A stretch of 64,000 nucleotides of DNA, taken from NCBI GenBank assembly GCA_963783375.1, contig CAWANH010000003.1, positions 1 to 64,000 on the forward strand, in the 5' to 3' direction. The notes beneath the pieces were generated by a model. It did not search any database. It had not been told where the DNA came from and saw only the letters and a list, made by a program, of their open reading frames with translations. Of the stretch, positions 55,713 through 64,000 are shown piece by piece. The first letter of the stretch is position 1. The number at the start of each line of letters is the position of its first letter. Made by a program: the position numbers and the translations under genes. The DNA is from Candidatus Eiseniibacteriota bacterium (GTDB lineage Bacteria; Eisenbacteria; RBG-16-71-46; JABDJR01).

Positions 55713-57023
55713 CTACAACAGCATGCCGGCCAGGGTGGCGGTCAGGGCGCTGGCCAGGGCCCCCACGATCATCGCCTTGAACCCCAGCCGGGCCAGGTCG
55801 TGGCGGCGTTCGGGGGCCATCCCCCCGATCCCTCCGATCTGGATGGCGATGCTGCTCAGGTTGGCGAATCCGCACAGGGAGTAGATGGCGATCACGTACG
55901 CCTTGTCCGAGATCTGTTGGTGGATCGATCCGAGCTGGATATAGGCCAGGAACTCGTTCACCGCCAGCTTGGTCCCGATCAGGTTCCCCACCGCGGGGGC
56001 GTCGTGCCAGGGAACCCCCATCGCCCAGGCCATGGGGGCGAACGCCCATCCGAAGATCTTGGCCAGGGTGAGGTCGTTCAGGAAGGGCAGCGAACCGGCC
56101 AGGGGATGGGAGACCTTGAGCAGGATGTAGTTGACCAGGGCGATGAGGGCGATGAACGCGATGAGCATGGCGCCCACGTTGGCCGCCAGCTTGAGCCCGG
56201 TGGCCGCGCCCGAGGCGGCGGCGTCGATCACGTTCACCGTGTCCTTCTCCACCTCCACCTTCACGTACCCCGCGGTCTGGGACTCGCGGGTTTCCGGCAC
56301 CGCGATCTTGGCCAGGGTGAGCGCGGCGGGCGCGCTCATCACCGAGGCGGTGAGGAGATGCCCGGCGTCGATCCCGAACCGCACGTAGGCGGCCATCACC
56401 CCCCCGGCCACGGTGGCGAATCCCCCCACCATGACCGCCATCAGCTCGCTGACCGTCATGGAGGAGACGAAGGGGCGGACCATGAGCGGAGCCTCGGTCT
56501 GTCCCACGAAGATGTTGGCGGCGGTGGAGAGGGTTTCCGATCCCGAGGTCTTCATGGTCTTCTGCATCACCCAGGCCACCGCGGCCACGATGCGCTGCAT
56601 GATCCCCAGGTGGTAGAGCACCGACATGAGCGCGGAGAAGAAGATGATGGTGGGCAGAACGTGGATGGCGAAGATGACCCCCAGCTCCACCAGCTTTCCG
56701 GTGCCGCTGTCGGTGACCTGGACGTAGCCCTGCATGGCCCCCGGCCCCAGGCTCTTGGCGATGTCCGGGGTCGAGCGGTAGAGGTTCCCGAAGAGGAAGC
56801 CCGCCCCCGCGTCGGTGAAGGAGAGCAGGCGGTTCACCATCGCCCGGCCCAGCACGAAGAGGCGCTCTCCGGGCCCGGTCTTGAGGATCACCACCGCGAA
56901 GATCACCTGGAGCCCGATCCCCCAGGCCACCGTCCGCCATCGGATGGCCCGGCGATCGGTGCTGATCAGCCAGCAGATGCCCAGAATCATCACCACCCCG
57001 ATGAGACCCACGAATCGGCTCAT
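55713..57023 (-). CDS. nupC: Concentrative nucleoside transporter (CNT, NupC/NupG family)
   Basis: VLPTIIFFSAL, ANIFVGQTEAP, GFATVAGG, SVMSAPA, KLAVNEFLAY, LCGFANLSS. Confidence 0.95.
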   Translation of the reverse strand: MSRFVGLIGVVMILGICWLISTDRRAIRWRTVAWGIGLQVIFAVVILKTGPGERLFVLGRAMVNRLLSFTDAGAGFLFGNLYRSTPDIAKSLGPGAMQGYVQVTDSGTGKLVELGVIFAIHVLPTIIFFSALMSVLYHLGIMQRIVAAVAWVMQKTMKTSGSETLSTAANIFVGQTEAPLMVRPFVSSMTVSELMAVMVGGFATVAGGVMAAYVRFGIDAGHLLTASVMSAPAALTLAKIAVPETRESQTAGYVKVEVEKDTVNVIDAAASGAATGLKLAANVGAMLIAFIALIALVNYILLKVSHPLAGSLPFLNDLTLAKIFGWAFAPMAWAMGVPWHDAPAVGNLIGTKLAVNEFLAYIQLGSIHQQISDKAYVIAIYSLCGFANLSSIAIQIGGIGGMAPERRHDLARLGFKAMIVGALASALTATLAGMLL

Positions 57024-57285
57024 GTCTCCCCCTCGGAGCATCGCCCCGCGGCTCCGCCCCCGGTTGTCCCCGTCGGCGCTCACCCATCGGCCCCGAACTC
57101 CGGAGCCGGACCGGGCCCGAACCCCCCGTCGCCGGACGGAGGAAGCGACGGCCGGATGATCATCCCTCGCCGCCGGGTAACTATCCCGTCGGAGGCGGGG
57201 TTATGACGGGCGCCCGCTTGGAACTCGGTGGTCGGCATGAGCCGGGCCGTGGATTGTGCCCCGATCGGCCCGGGGAGGCAAGTGC

Positions 57286-57492
57286 ATGGGAAGAGGAATC
57301 CTCGGGGGGAGCTTGGCGCTCGCCGTGGCCGAGGGCGAAGTGCGGCTGGACCGGCGAATTCACGGACCTTACCTTCTGGAGGGGGGGTACGACTTCCGGT
57401 ACGAGGAAGGTACCCTGGAGAGCGGCCAGGACGGGAACTGGATCCGTTCCCGGGAGCACGGCCTGTTCCTGGGCCTCCGCCGGGGAGGCTGA
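57286..57492 (+). CDS. Small hypothetical protein (68 aa), beta-strand-like pattern
   Basis: GGAGG RBS before ATG 57286; GC3-biased codons; LLEGGYDFRYEE...HGLFLGLRR. Confidence 0.4.
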   Translation: MGRGILGGSLALAVAEGEVRLDRRIHGPYLLEGGYDFRYEEGTLESGQDGNWIRSREHGLFLGLRRGG

Positions 57493-57555
57493 CCGGCCGC
57501 GAACGTACGGCCATCGTCCGGCATTCCGCGGAAGGAAATGAGGAGGGTGCACGGC

Positions 57556-58446
57556 ATGAAGATACTGATGGCGGCGGCCACGGCCGGGATCCTGATCGGA
57601 GCGTCGGGCGCGGCGGCCGGGGCCCGGGAGTACCCGACCGACCCCGGCGCGCTCCAGCCGCCGATGGAGTTCACCGCCCTCACCATCGTCACCCCCGACT
57701 CGGCCCGGCTCGCGAGCTGGTTCGTTCCCGCCCAGGACTCGGCCGGGGCCCGGCTCCCGGGCGTGCGCCCCGGGCTCCTGGTGCTCCCCGGCGACGGCGA
57801 CACCATGGACCGGCGCCTTCCCCTGGTGGCGGCCATGGCCCGCCGGGGCTTCAACGTCCTCACCTTCGATCACCGCGGCCGCGGCGGGAGCAGCGACTTT
57901 CCCGTCCCGAGGGACGCCCTCGTTCTCCCCGAGTTCCTCAACGACGCCCACGCCGGTCTTTGGGTCCTGTGGAAGCGCCCGGAGGTGGATACCACCCGGG
58001 TCGCGGTCTACGGCGAATCCAAGGGGGCGTGGCTGGCCTTCGCCCTGGCCGGGGAGCGCACCGAGGTGCGAGGGATCGTGGCCGCCTTTCCCCCCACCGG
58101 GGCCAAGGACTGGATCCCGCTTCTGGAGGAGGCCCACCCCGATCGGAAGTTCTACGTCCCCAAGGGATGGAAGCGCCGGGACGATCCCGACAAGGTGGTG
58201 AACCGGTTCAACGGGCCGGTCTTCTTCATCGCCGGGGACGCCGATCTCACCAACCCGACCTGGATGGCCGAGGAGCTTCATCGGCGCTACCCCCGTCCCA
58301 AGGACCTATGGGTGATCCAGGGAGCGGCCCACGACGGGGACCGAACCCCGGAGAAGGTGGCGGGACGCGAGTACTACGACCGGATCGCCGCCTTCCTCAC
58401 CCGGGAGCTGGCCAAGCCCCCGCACCGGGGCTGGCCGGAACGTTGA
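57556..58446 (+). CDS. Exported alpha/beta hydrolase
   Basis: Signal peptide, GFNVLTFDHRGRGGS, nucleophile elbow YGESKG, GDAD, GAAHD. Confidence 0.9.
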   Translation: MKILMAAATAGILIGASGAAAGAREYPTDPGALQPPMEFTALTIVTPDSARLASWFVPAQDSAGARLPGVRPGLLVLPGDGDTMDRRLPLVAAMARRGFNVLTFDHRGRGGSSDFPVPRDALVLPEFLNDAHAGLWVLWKRPEVDTTRVAVYGESKGAWLAFALAGERTEVRGIVAAFPPTGAKDWIPLLEEAHPDRKFYVPKGWKRRDDPDKVVNRFNGPVFFIAGDADLTNPTWMAEELHRRYPRPKDLWVIQGAAHDGDRTPEKVAGREYYDRIAAFLTRELAKPPHRGWPER

Positions 58447-58546
58447 ACGCCCCCCAAGCGGCGGAGCTCCCGGCTTCGCGGAGCCGGGCAACCCGGCTTT
58501 CGGGGGAGCCGTCCGCCCACGGAGTAACAATCAGGAGAGCCCGATC

Positions 58547-59227
58547 ATGACCCGCTTTCGCACCATCCTCATCGCCGCCCTCGTGTTCGCCGGAATCCTG
58601 GGGTGTTCCTCGGGCAACGGCGTCCTTCCCCAGACCCTGGACGACATGGAGAGCGGGGCCGAGGACCTGGTCGATCTCGTGGCCGCCGGAGACGTGCCCG
58701 GGGCCATCAGCAAGGCGGCGGAGATCCAGGCGGACTGGAAGGTGATGCGACCGGAGGTCGCCCGGGCCGGGGCCTCGAAGCAGACGATCGAGGGGATGGA
58801 CGGGGCGGTGGACGCCCTGGTCGCCCCCGAACTTCACGAGGACCCCCTGGCCATGGAGCGCGCGGCGAACGAGGTGAGCCGGTACATGCCCGATCTCTTC
58901 CGGCTCTACTCCATCACGACCCCTCCGGGCACCCTGAGGCTCGACTACCTGGGACGATCCCTGGCCCTCGACGCCCGGGAGGACGACATGGACCACGCCG
59001 GCGACGACCTCGACCGGATTCAGCGGGTCTGGGGGGACCTCCGGCCGGAAATCGCCTCCCGCGCCGGCGGGGAGAAGGTGGCCGCGGGCTACGACCTGAA
59101 CCTGGAGAGCGTCCGCGCGGCCATCGCCGCTTCGGATACGACGCTCCTCGAGGAAGCAGCCAGGCGAAGCCTGGAGACCGTCGACCTCATGGAAGGACTG
59201 TTCGCTTCCGGAGAGACAAAGGACTGA
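58547..59227 (+). CDS. Hypothetical helical lipoprotein
   Basis: Lipobox ILGC after a hydrophobic stretch, AGGAG RBS, two helical-bundle-like halves. Confidence 0.75.
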   Translation: MTRFRTILIAALVFAGILGCSSGNGVLPQTLDDMESGAEDLVDLVAAGDVPGAISKAAEIQADWKVMRPEVARAGASKQTIEGMDGAVDALVAPELHEDPLAMERAANEVSRYMPDLFRLYSITTPPGTLRLDYLGRSLALDAREDDMDHAGDDLDRIQRVWGDLRPEIASRAGGEKVAAGYDLNLESVRAAIAASDTTLLEEAARRSLETVDLMEGLFASGETKD

Positions 59228-59232
59228 TTCTC

Positions 59233-59267
59233 GGATCCCGGCCGGGCCGCGCGCCCGGCCGGGATCC
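59233..59267. terminator. Perfect 15-bp inverted repeat between convergent genes
   Basis: GGATCCCGGCCGGGC-cgcgc-GCCCGGCCGGGATCC; no U-tract. Confidence 0.6.
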
Positions 59268-59275
59268 TCCACCGA

Positions 59276-62137
59276 TCAGTCCGCGGCCGGGGGCAGGTCG
59301 TTCCAGTTCAGGATCACGTTGTAGACGAACCGGAAGTCGGACAGGTTCAGGTAGCGGTGCATGGGGTTGAAGGCGAAAAGGATCACCCTCCCCTTTCCCG
59401 CGGGAACGTCGAGGATGGCCGGCTTCCCGTTCACCGCTCCCTCCCCCTTCACATAGCCGGAGAGCACCAGGCGGTTGTCCGCGGGCTTTCCGGTCCCGGC
59501 GGCCGGTCCGTTCGTCGAACCCTCCGGGTGATCGTCGGGCTTTGCCCCGGCATCCGGCTTCGACCCGGCGTCCCCGTCCTCCGCGTCCTCGTCGTCAACT
59601 TTCTTCGTTCCGAACTGCACCACCGCGTACTTCCGGTGAAGCTTGTCCACGTCGAAGAGCGGGCCGTTCCCCCGAAAGACGTGGGTCAACTCCGGGTAGC
59701 CGTAGGTGATGGGGTGGGCGGGCCGGAGAACCTTGGCCCGGAGCACCGAGCCGGGGGTCTGCGCCGCCCCCCGAGGCGCCGTCGCCACGTCCCGGACCAG
59801 CCCTCCTCCCACCGGCAGGGTGCCGGCGTTGGCCATGGTCACGAACACCCCCCCGTCCCGGAGGAAGGCCTGGAGGTTCAAGAGCCCTTCGAAGCCCATC
59901 CCGCCGGTGATGTCCGGAGACCCGTCGGGGATCCCGTGGCTCGGGTACTTCGCGGTCCTGGTGTAGGCAAGAGGACCGTACTTGGGGTCGATCCCCTGCA
60001 CGATGCTCGTGAAGCGCCCCCAGGTATTGGGGAAGAGGATCACGTCGAACCGGGCCCGGAGCCCGCCCTTCCGCAGATCGTCGTCGTTCACCAGCGTGTA
60101 GGGGATCTTCCCGCGATCGAGGGTGTAACGGACCCATCCGCAGTCCTGGGTGGCGATCCACGTGTGATAGATCCCGACCCGGGGGAGATCCAGGTCGTGG
60201 CGGGGAACGTCGGGGACGGCGTCCGCGGCGACGAATTCCAGGCCGAGCCGGTCGGCCGCCTCGGCCACCGCGTCCCTGGGGGCGTGCACGATCCAGCTTC
60301 CCTCGGGGTAATCCACCCCCCCGGCAGCGAAGGTGGCCTCCGCGGCCTCGACCCGGTACTTCCCCAGGAGGACCCGGGCGGAGAGGAAGGCGGTCTGGCC
60401 GGTGTCCTTCAGAAGGTAAAGGTCGCCCTTCCCCTGCACGCCGCCCGGGAAGAGCACCGGGCCGGTGACCGGATCCATGGCCGCGTCGAGCACCGACTTG
60501 TCGTTCACCCGGCTCCCGTCGACCCCGAACATGAGCCCGAAGGTCCAGGCCACGTCGTCGTAGGGCGGGTTGGGCTCGTTGGCGGGGAACTTCTGTTTCT
60601 CCAGGAAGTTCAAGGCGGCGTTCCGGTAGGGCTGGTCCATGCGCACCACGTAGGTCCCCGCCACCCACACCGTATCCTTGGCCGCGAAGTCCGCGGTCAG
60701 CCGATGGACCTCGATCCCGTGCTTCGCGAGCAGGTTCAGGAGATGGGCCAGCCGGGCGGGGTCGCGCTGAGCGGCGGGGAACACCCAGGCGAAGGGGGCC
60801 TCGCTCTTCCCCCGCTCCACCGCCCGGTTCCCCTTGATCCAGAAGTTGGTGAGCAGCTCCTCCCGGTGCTTGGCCGCGTAGCCGAGCGCCGAGAGCACCC
60901 CGGCCTCCATGTAGTTGGTGTTGTCCCGGAGCGACCAGGTGATCTTCTTGTTCGGGGGCCAGGTGTTGTACCACTGGACGTCGGTGACCGGCTTCCCGGC
61001 GAAGCTCCGTTTGCTCAGGTCGCGCTCGAACGTCCCGGCCATCGAGTTCCCGAAGGTCTCGTAGAAGCGACCGACGGCGTTGTGGTTGTTGGCCACCGAG
61101 AACAGGTAGCCGGGCCACCAGCCGTCCCAGAATCCCCAGGTCCACACCCCCGGAAGCCCCTGGGCCTGAAGCTCGGACACGTCGTGATAGGCGAACTGGG
61201 TCCACTCCCCCACCGTGACCGGGTCCACCGCGTCGGTGTAGGGACCGTGGCCGGTCATCGCGTAGAGCAGGGGGATCGACTCGTGGAGGTCGTGGATCAC
61301 CTGGGGGTGGTACTTCCAGTAGGTGTCGTTCACCGAGCGGGTGAGGGGAAGGGTGAGCTGGATCCCGTCCCGGTTGTTGTCGTGGAGGACGTAGTGCCCC
61401 CAGTAGGGCGGGGAGTTGAACTCGTCCAGCTCCTCGAAGGGGAGATCCCGCCCCTTCAGGTGCCGGTAGTACCACTGGACCACCCGGTCCCGGCCGTCCG
61501 GCTCCATGACCGGGGTGATGAGGACCACATCCTGGGCCCGGATTTCCCGGATCTCGGGCTTCTCGCTCACCGCCAGCCGGTAGGCCAGCTCCATCAGCAT
61601 CTCGGGGGGGCCGGTCTCGGTGGAGTGGAGCCCTCCCATGACGTAGTAGATGACCCGCCCCTCCCGGGCCAGGGACCTCGCCTCCTCGCGCCCGGTCTTC
61701 CGCGGATCGGCCAGCCTGGCGTTGATCTCCCGCCAGCGGTCGATTCCGGCCAGGTTCTCCTCGTCGGAGATGAGGACCAGCAGGATGTCCCGCCCCTCGA
61801 TGCTGGTGCCGATCTTCTCCAACCGCACCCGGGGGCTGGCCGCGGCCAGCTTCCGGTAGTAATCGTAGATCGTGGCGGTGTCCGACAGCTCGTCCGGAGC
61901 CCCGGCCAGGTGCCCGAGCACCCGGGTGGGCGACGGCACGGTCTCCGAAGCGGGGACGTAGGCCACCGACGCCGGGAGGTACTCCGGAGAGGTGGTGTAG
62001 GCGGCGATGGAATCCACGCTCCCCGGTTCCGGGGTGTCGGGGGCGTAGGGCCCCTCCGCAGCCCGGAGCGCGGGGGTCGAGGCCGGATTGCAGAAGAGCG
62101 CGGTGAGGACCGCGATGCGGACGAGTGCGCGTATCAT
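59276..62137 (-). CDS. Exported M14-family zinc carboxypeptidase-like protein with C-terminal GATase-like domain
   Basis: Signal peptide, GLHSTE (HxxE), EPDGRD, HDNNRD, HDLHES, PYDDVAW, GWVRYTLD. Confidence 0.88.
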   Translation of the reverse strand: MIRALVRIAVLTALFCNPASTPALRAAEGPYAPDTPEPGSVDSIAAYTTSPEYLPASVAYVPASETVPSPTRVLGHLAGAPDELSDTATIYDYYRKLAAASPRVRLEKIGTSIEGRDILLVLISDEENLAGIDRWREINARLADPRKTGREEARSLAREGRVIYYVMGGLHSTETGPPEMLMELAYRLAVSEKPEIREIRAQDVVLITPVMEPDGRDRVVQWYYRHLKGRDLPFEELDEFNSPPYWGHYVLHDNNRDGIQLTLPLTRSVNDTYWKYHPQVIHDLHESIPLLYAMTGHGPYTDAVDPVTVGEWTQFAYHDVSELQAQGLPGVWTWGFWDGWWPGYLFSVANNHNAVGRFYETFGNSMAGTFERDLSKRSFAGKPVTDVQWYNTWPPNKKITWSLRDNTNYMEAGVLSALGYAAKHREELLTNFWIKGNRAVERGKSEAPFAWVFPAAQRDPARLAHLLNLLAKHGIEVHRLTADFAAKDTVWVAGTYVVRMDQPYRNAALNFLEKQKFPANEPNPPYDDVAWTFGLMFGVDGSRVNDKSVLDAAMDPVTGPVLFPGGVQGKGDLYLLKDTGQTAFLSARVLLGKYRVEAAEATFAAGGVDYPEGSWIVHAPRDAVAEAADRLGLEFVAADAVPDVPRHDLDLPRVGIYHTWIATQDCGWVRYTLDRGKIPYTLVNDDDLRKGGLRARFDVILFPNTWGRFTSIVQGIDPKYGPLAYTRTAKYPSHGIPDGSPDITGGMGFEGLLNLQAFLRDGGVFVTMANAGTLPVGGGLVRDVATAPRGAAQTPGSVLRAKVLRPAHPITYGYPELTHVFRGNGPLFDVDKLHRKYAVVQFGTKKVDDEDAEDGDAGSKPDAGAKPDDHPEGSTNGPAAGTGKPADNRLVLSGYVKGEGAVNGKPAILDVPAGKGRVILFAFNPMHRYLNLSDFRFVYNVILNWNDLPPAAD

Positions 62138-62158
62138 GTGGATTCCCCCCTGGAAGGA

Positions 62159-62632
62159 TCAGTCCTGGTCGGCGAGGAGGCGGCGGAGCGCGCGGATCTG
62201 GCCCGCGTGGTAGGTCAGGTGGCCGAGGAGCCGGACGAGGTAGGCGTGAACCGGCCCCCCGCCCGGAAAGGTGTCCACCGGAGCGGCGTCGTTCAGACCG
62301 CGGGGATCGAAGGCCAGGAGAGCGGTCCGGGTCTCCACGCACGCCTCGTCCCACATCTCGAGGACCCGGCCCTTCCCCGCCCAGGACTCGGCCTCGAATT
62401 CGCGGTCCCGCTGGCGCTCGTAGTCGGAACCGGCCAGCAGGTGTCCGATGAAATGCCTCAGGTTTCCGGTCAGGTGCAGGGCGAGGTTGGCCGGGGAGAC
62501 CATCTCCGGAATCGGGCGATTCCAGATACCGCTCTCGGGTATCGCCTCCAGGTCGGCCCTCACCGAATTGCGATAGCGTTCCACCATGTCCGCGGCGTCG
62601 GCCAGGAGGCCGCCTTCCGTCATCTCGGTCAT
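62159..62632 (-). CDS. DinB/DUF1572 family protein
   Basis: NLALHLTGNLRHFIG, RQRDREF, HLTYHAGQI; ATGA overlap with the kinase stop. Confidence 0.88.
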   Translation of the reverse strand: MTEMTEGGLLADAADMVERYRNSVRADLEAIPESGIWNRPIPEMVSPANLALHLTGNLRHFIGHLLAGSDYERQRDREFEAESWAGKGRVLEMWDEACVETRTALLAFDPRGLNDAAPVDTFPGGGPVHAYLVRLLGHLTYHAGQIRALRRLLADQD

Positions 62633-64000
62633 TGGGTTCCTCCGGCCGGCATGAGTCGTCTTACCCGTTCCACCACCGCCTCGGGCGAGAAGGGCTTGGC
62701 CAGGAAGCTCTCGCTCTCCAGCCCGGGGATGCCCTCCAGGCTCTCGGGGGCCGCCCCCGACATGTATAGCACGCGGAGGCCGGGTCGAAGCGCCTTCAGG
62801 CGCGTCCCCAGCTCCCCTCCGTTCATGTCCGGCATGTCCATGTCGGTGAGGAGCAGCCGTATGCTTCCGTCCTCGTGAAAGAGCCTCAACGCCTCCGTCC
62901 CTCGCGCGGCCTCGCGGACCCGGTAGCCTTCCCGGACCAGCACCTGAACCACCAGCCGGCGGAGCGCCGGCTCGTCCTCCACCACCAGGATGCACCCGCC
63001 CGCGGCCGCCGGCTCGGCGCTTCGGGCGGGAACCGGGCGCGGAGCGCCGCCTCCGGCGGCGGCCGCGCTCGGCAGGTAGATGTTGAAGGTGGATCCCATG
63101 CCGACGGCGCTGGTCACCTCGATGAAGCCCCCGGCCTGTCGCACGATCCCGTAGATGATGGCCAGCCCGAGCCCGGTCCCGTGTTCCTTGGAGGTGAAGA
63201 ACGGTTCGAAGATCCGCTCCTGGGTGACCGGGTCCATGCCTGTCCCGGTGTCGGAAAAGGTCAGCCGGACGTGAGCCTTCTTGGCGGGCTCTCCCGGGGG
63301 AATCGGGAGCGGATCGTCCACCTCCGCGTTGGCGGTCTCGATGAGGATCTCCCCCCCTTCGGGCATGGCGTCGCGGCCGTTCACCGTGAGGTTGATCAGC
63401 ACCTGTTCGACCTGACTCCGGTCCGCCATCACCGGGCCGAGCCCGGGGTCGAGCCGGGTGGTGAGCTCGATCCCCCGCCCCACCGTTCTCCGGAGGAACC
63501 GCGACATCTCGTCCACCACCTCGTTCAGATTCAGGATCCGGGGCTCGACCGTCCGATGGCGGCTGACCGCCAGGAGCTGATGGGTGAGCGCCATCCCCCG
63601 CTCCGCCGCCTCGAGGATCGCCTGCACGTCCTGCCCCATCTCGGGGTCGCCCTGCGCCCGCTCGGCCAGGGTCTGGGCGTACCCGCGCACCACCCCCAGG
63701 ATGTTGTCGAAGTCGTGGGCGATCCCGCCGGCCAGCCTCCCCACCGCCTCCATCTTCTGGGACTGGCGGAGCTGCTCCTCGAGGCGCTTCCGCTCGGTGT
63801 TGTCCAGGACGAACCCGTGGATCTCCTTCAGCTCGCCCCGCTCGTCGAACACCCCGATCAGGTTCTCCACCAGGTGGACGGGCGTCCCGTCCACCCGCCG
63901 GCACTCGATCTCGTGGAGCTCGAGCTTCCGATGCCGGGCCAGGAGCTCCAGGAGCCGGCCCCGGGACTCCGGGGTGTGGTAGTGGAGGTTGGCGTTGCTC
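62629..64000 (-). CDS. Hybrid PAS sensor histidine kinase/response regulator (5' end beyond the window)
   Basis: PAS end, QSQKMEAVGRLAGGIAHDF, NLTVNGRDAMPEGG, DTGTGM, FFTSK..GTGLGL, receiver VVEDE...LLTD..MP. Confidence 0.95.
   Translation of the reverse strand, partial: SNANLHYHTPESRGRLLELLARHRKLELHEIECRRVDGTPVHLVENLIGVFDERGELKEIHGFVLDNTERKRLEEQLRQSQKMEAVGRLAGGIAHDFDNILGVVRGYAQTLAERAQGDPEMGQDVQAILEAAERGMALTHQLLAVSRHRTVEPRILNLNEVVDEMSRFLRRTVGRGIELTTRLDPGLGPVMADRSQVEQVLINLTVNGRDAMPEGGEILIETANAEVDDPLPIPPGEPAKKAHVRLTFSDTGTGMDPVTQERIFEPFFTSKEHGTGLGLAIIYGIVRQAGGFIEVTSAVGMGSTFNIYLPSAAAAGGGAPRPVPARSAEPAAAGGCILVVEDEPALRRLVVQVLVREGYRVREAARGTEALRLFHEDGSIRLLLTDMDMPDMNGGELGTRLKALRPGLRVLYMSGAAPESLEGIPGLESESFLAKPFSPEAVVERVRRLMPAGGTQ

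Noticed and set aside
57024-57200. Purine riboswitch upstream of nupC
   Set aside because: None of the conserved purine-aptamer loop or junction sequences is visible, only generic GC-rich stems.
63700-63730. H-box reads HDFDN rather than the usual HDFNN
   Set aside because: The phospho-acceptor His is intact, and a single substitution is not enough to claim altered function.
92-63982. Many long alternative-frame and antisense ORFs in the track (e.g. 92-928, 1784-3949, 39999-44081, 47656-50847, 59357-62878)
   Set aside because: These are shadows of real genes on the other strand or frame, expected in high-GC DNA. They have Arg/Gly/Pro-rich composition and no family motifs.

Overview
GC-rich bacterial chromosome segment, densely coding, with about 43 genes. 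I found no rRNA, tRNA, CRISPR array or mobile element. FlgD/T9SS-like C-terminal sorting domains and PorV-like barrels suggest an FCB-type diderm such as an Eisenbacteria/Krumholzibacteria/Latescibacteria-like lineage (inference only). The left half holds a heme A/cytochrome oxidase assembly operon (ctaA-ctaB-ABC-ABC-SCO-DUF420), K+ transport (trkAH, Kef-type CPA2), queG, an FHA-GAF-PP2C phosphatase, two radical SAM genes, M32/M1/M28 peptidases and an alpha-2-macroglobulin/pbpC pair. Two genes there are broken by apparent single-base frameshifts. The main find is a ~22.5 kb co-oriented minus-strand region (34507-57023) that reads like an extracellular nucleic-acid harvesting system. It encodes two secreted lamin-tail/OB-fold proteins with no visible nuclease domain, three consecutive outer-membrane beta-barrels (one fused to two ComEA-type helix-hairpin-helix domains), an exported 5'-nucleotidase, a CNT nucleoside transporter and a salvage operon (hpt, MtaD-like deaminase, add, udk, punA). 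All calls come from reading motifs by eye; no database searches were run.
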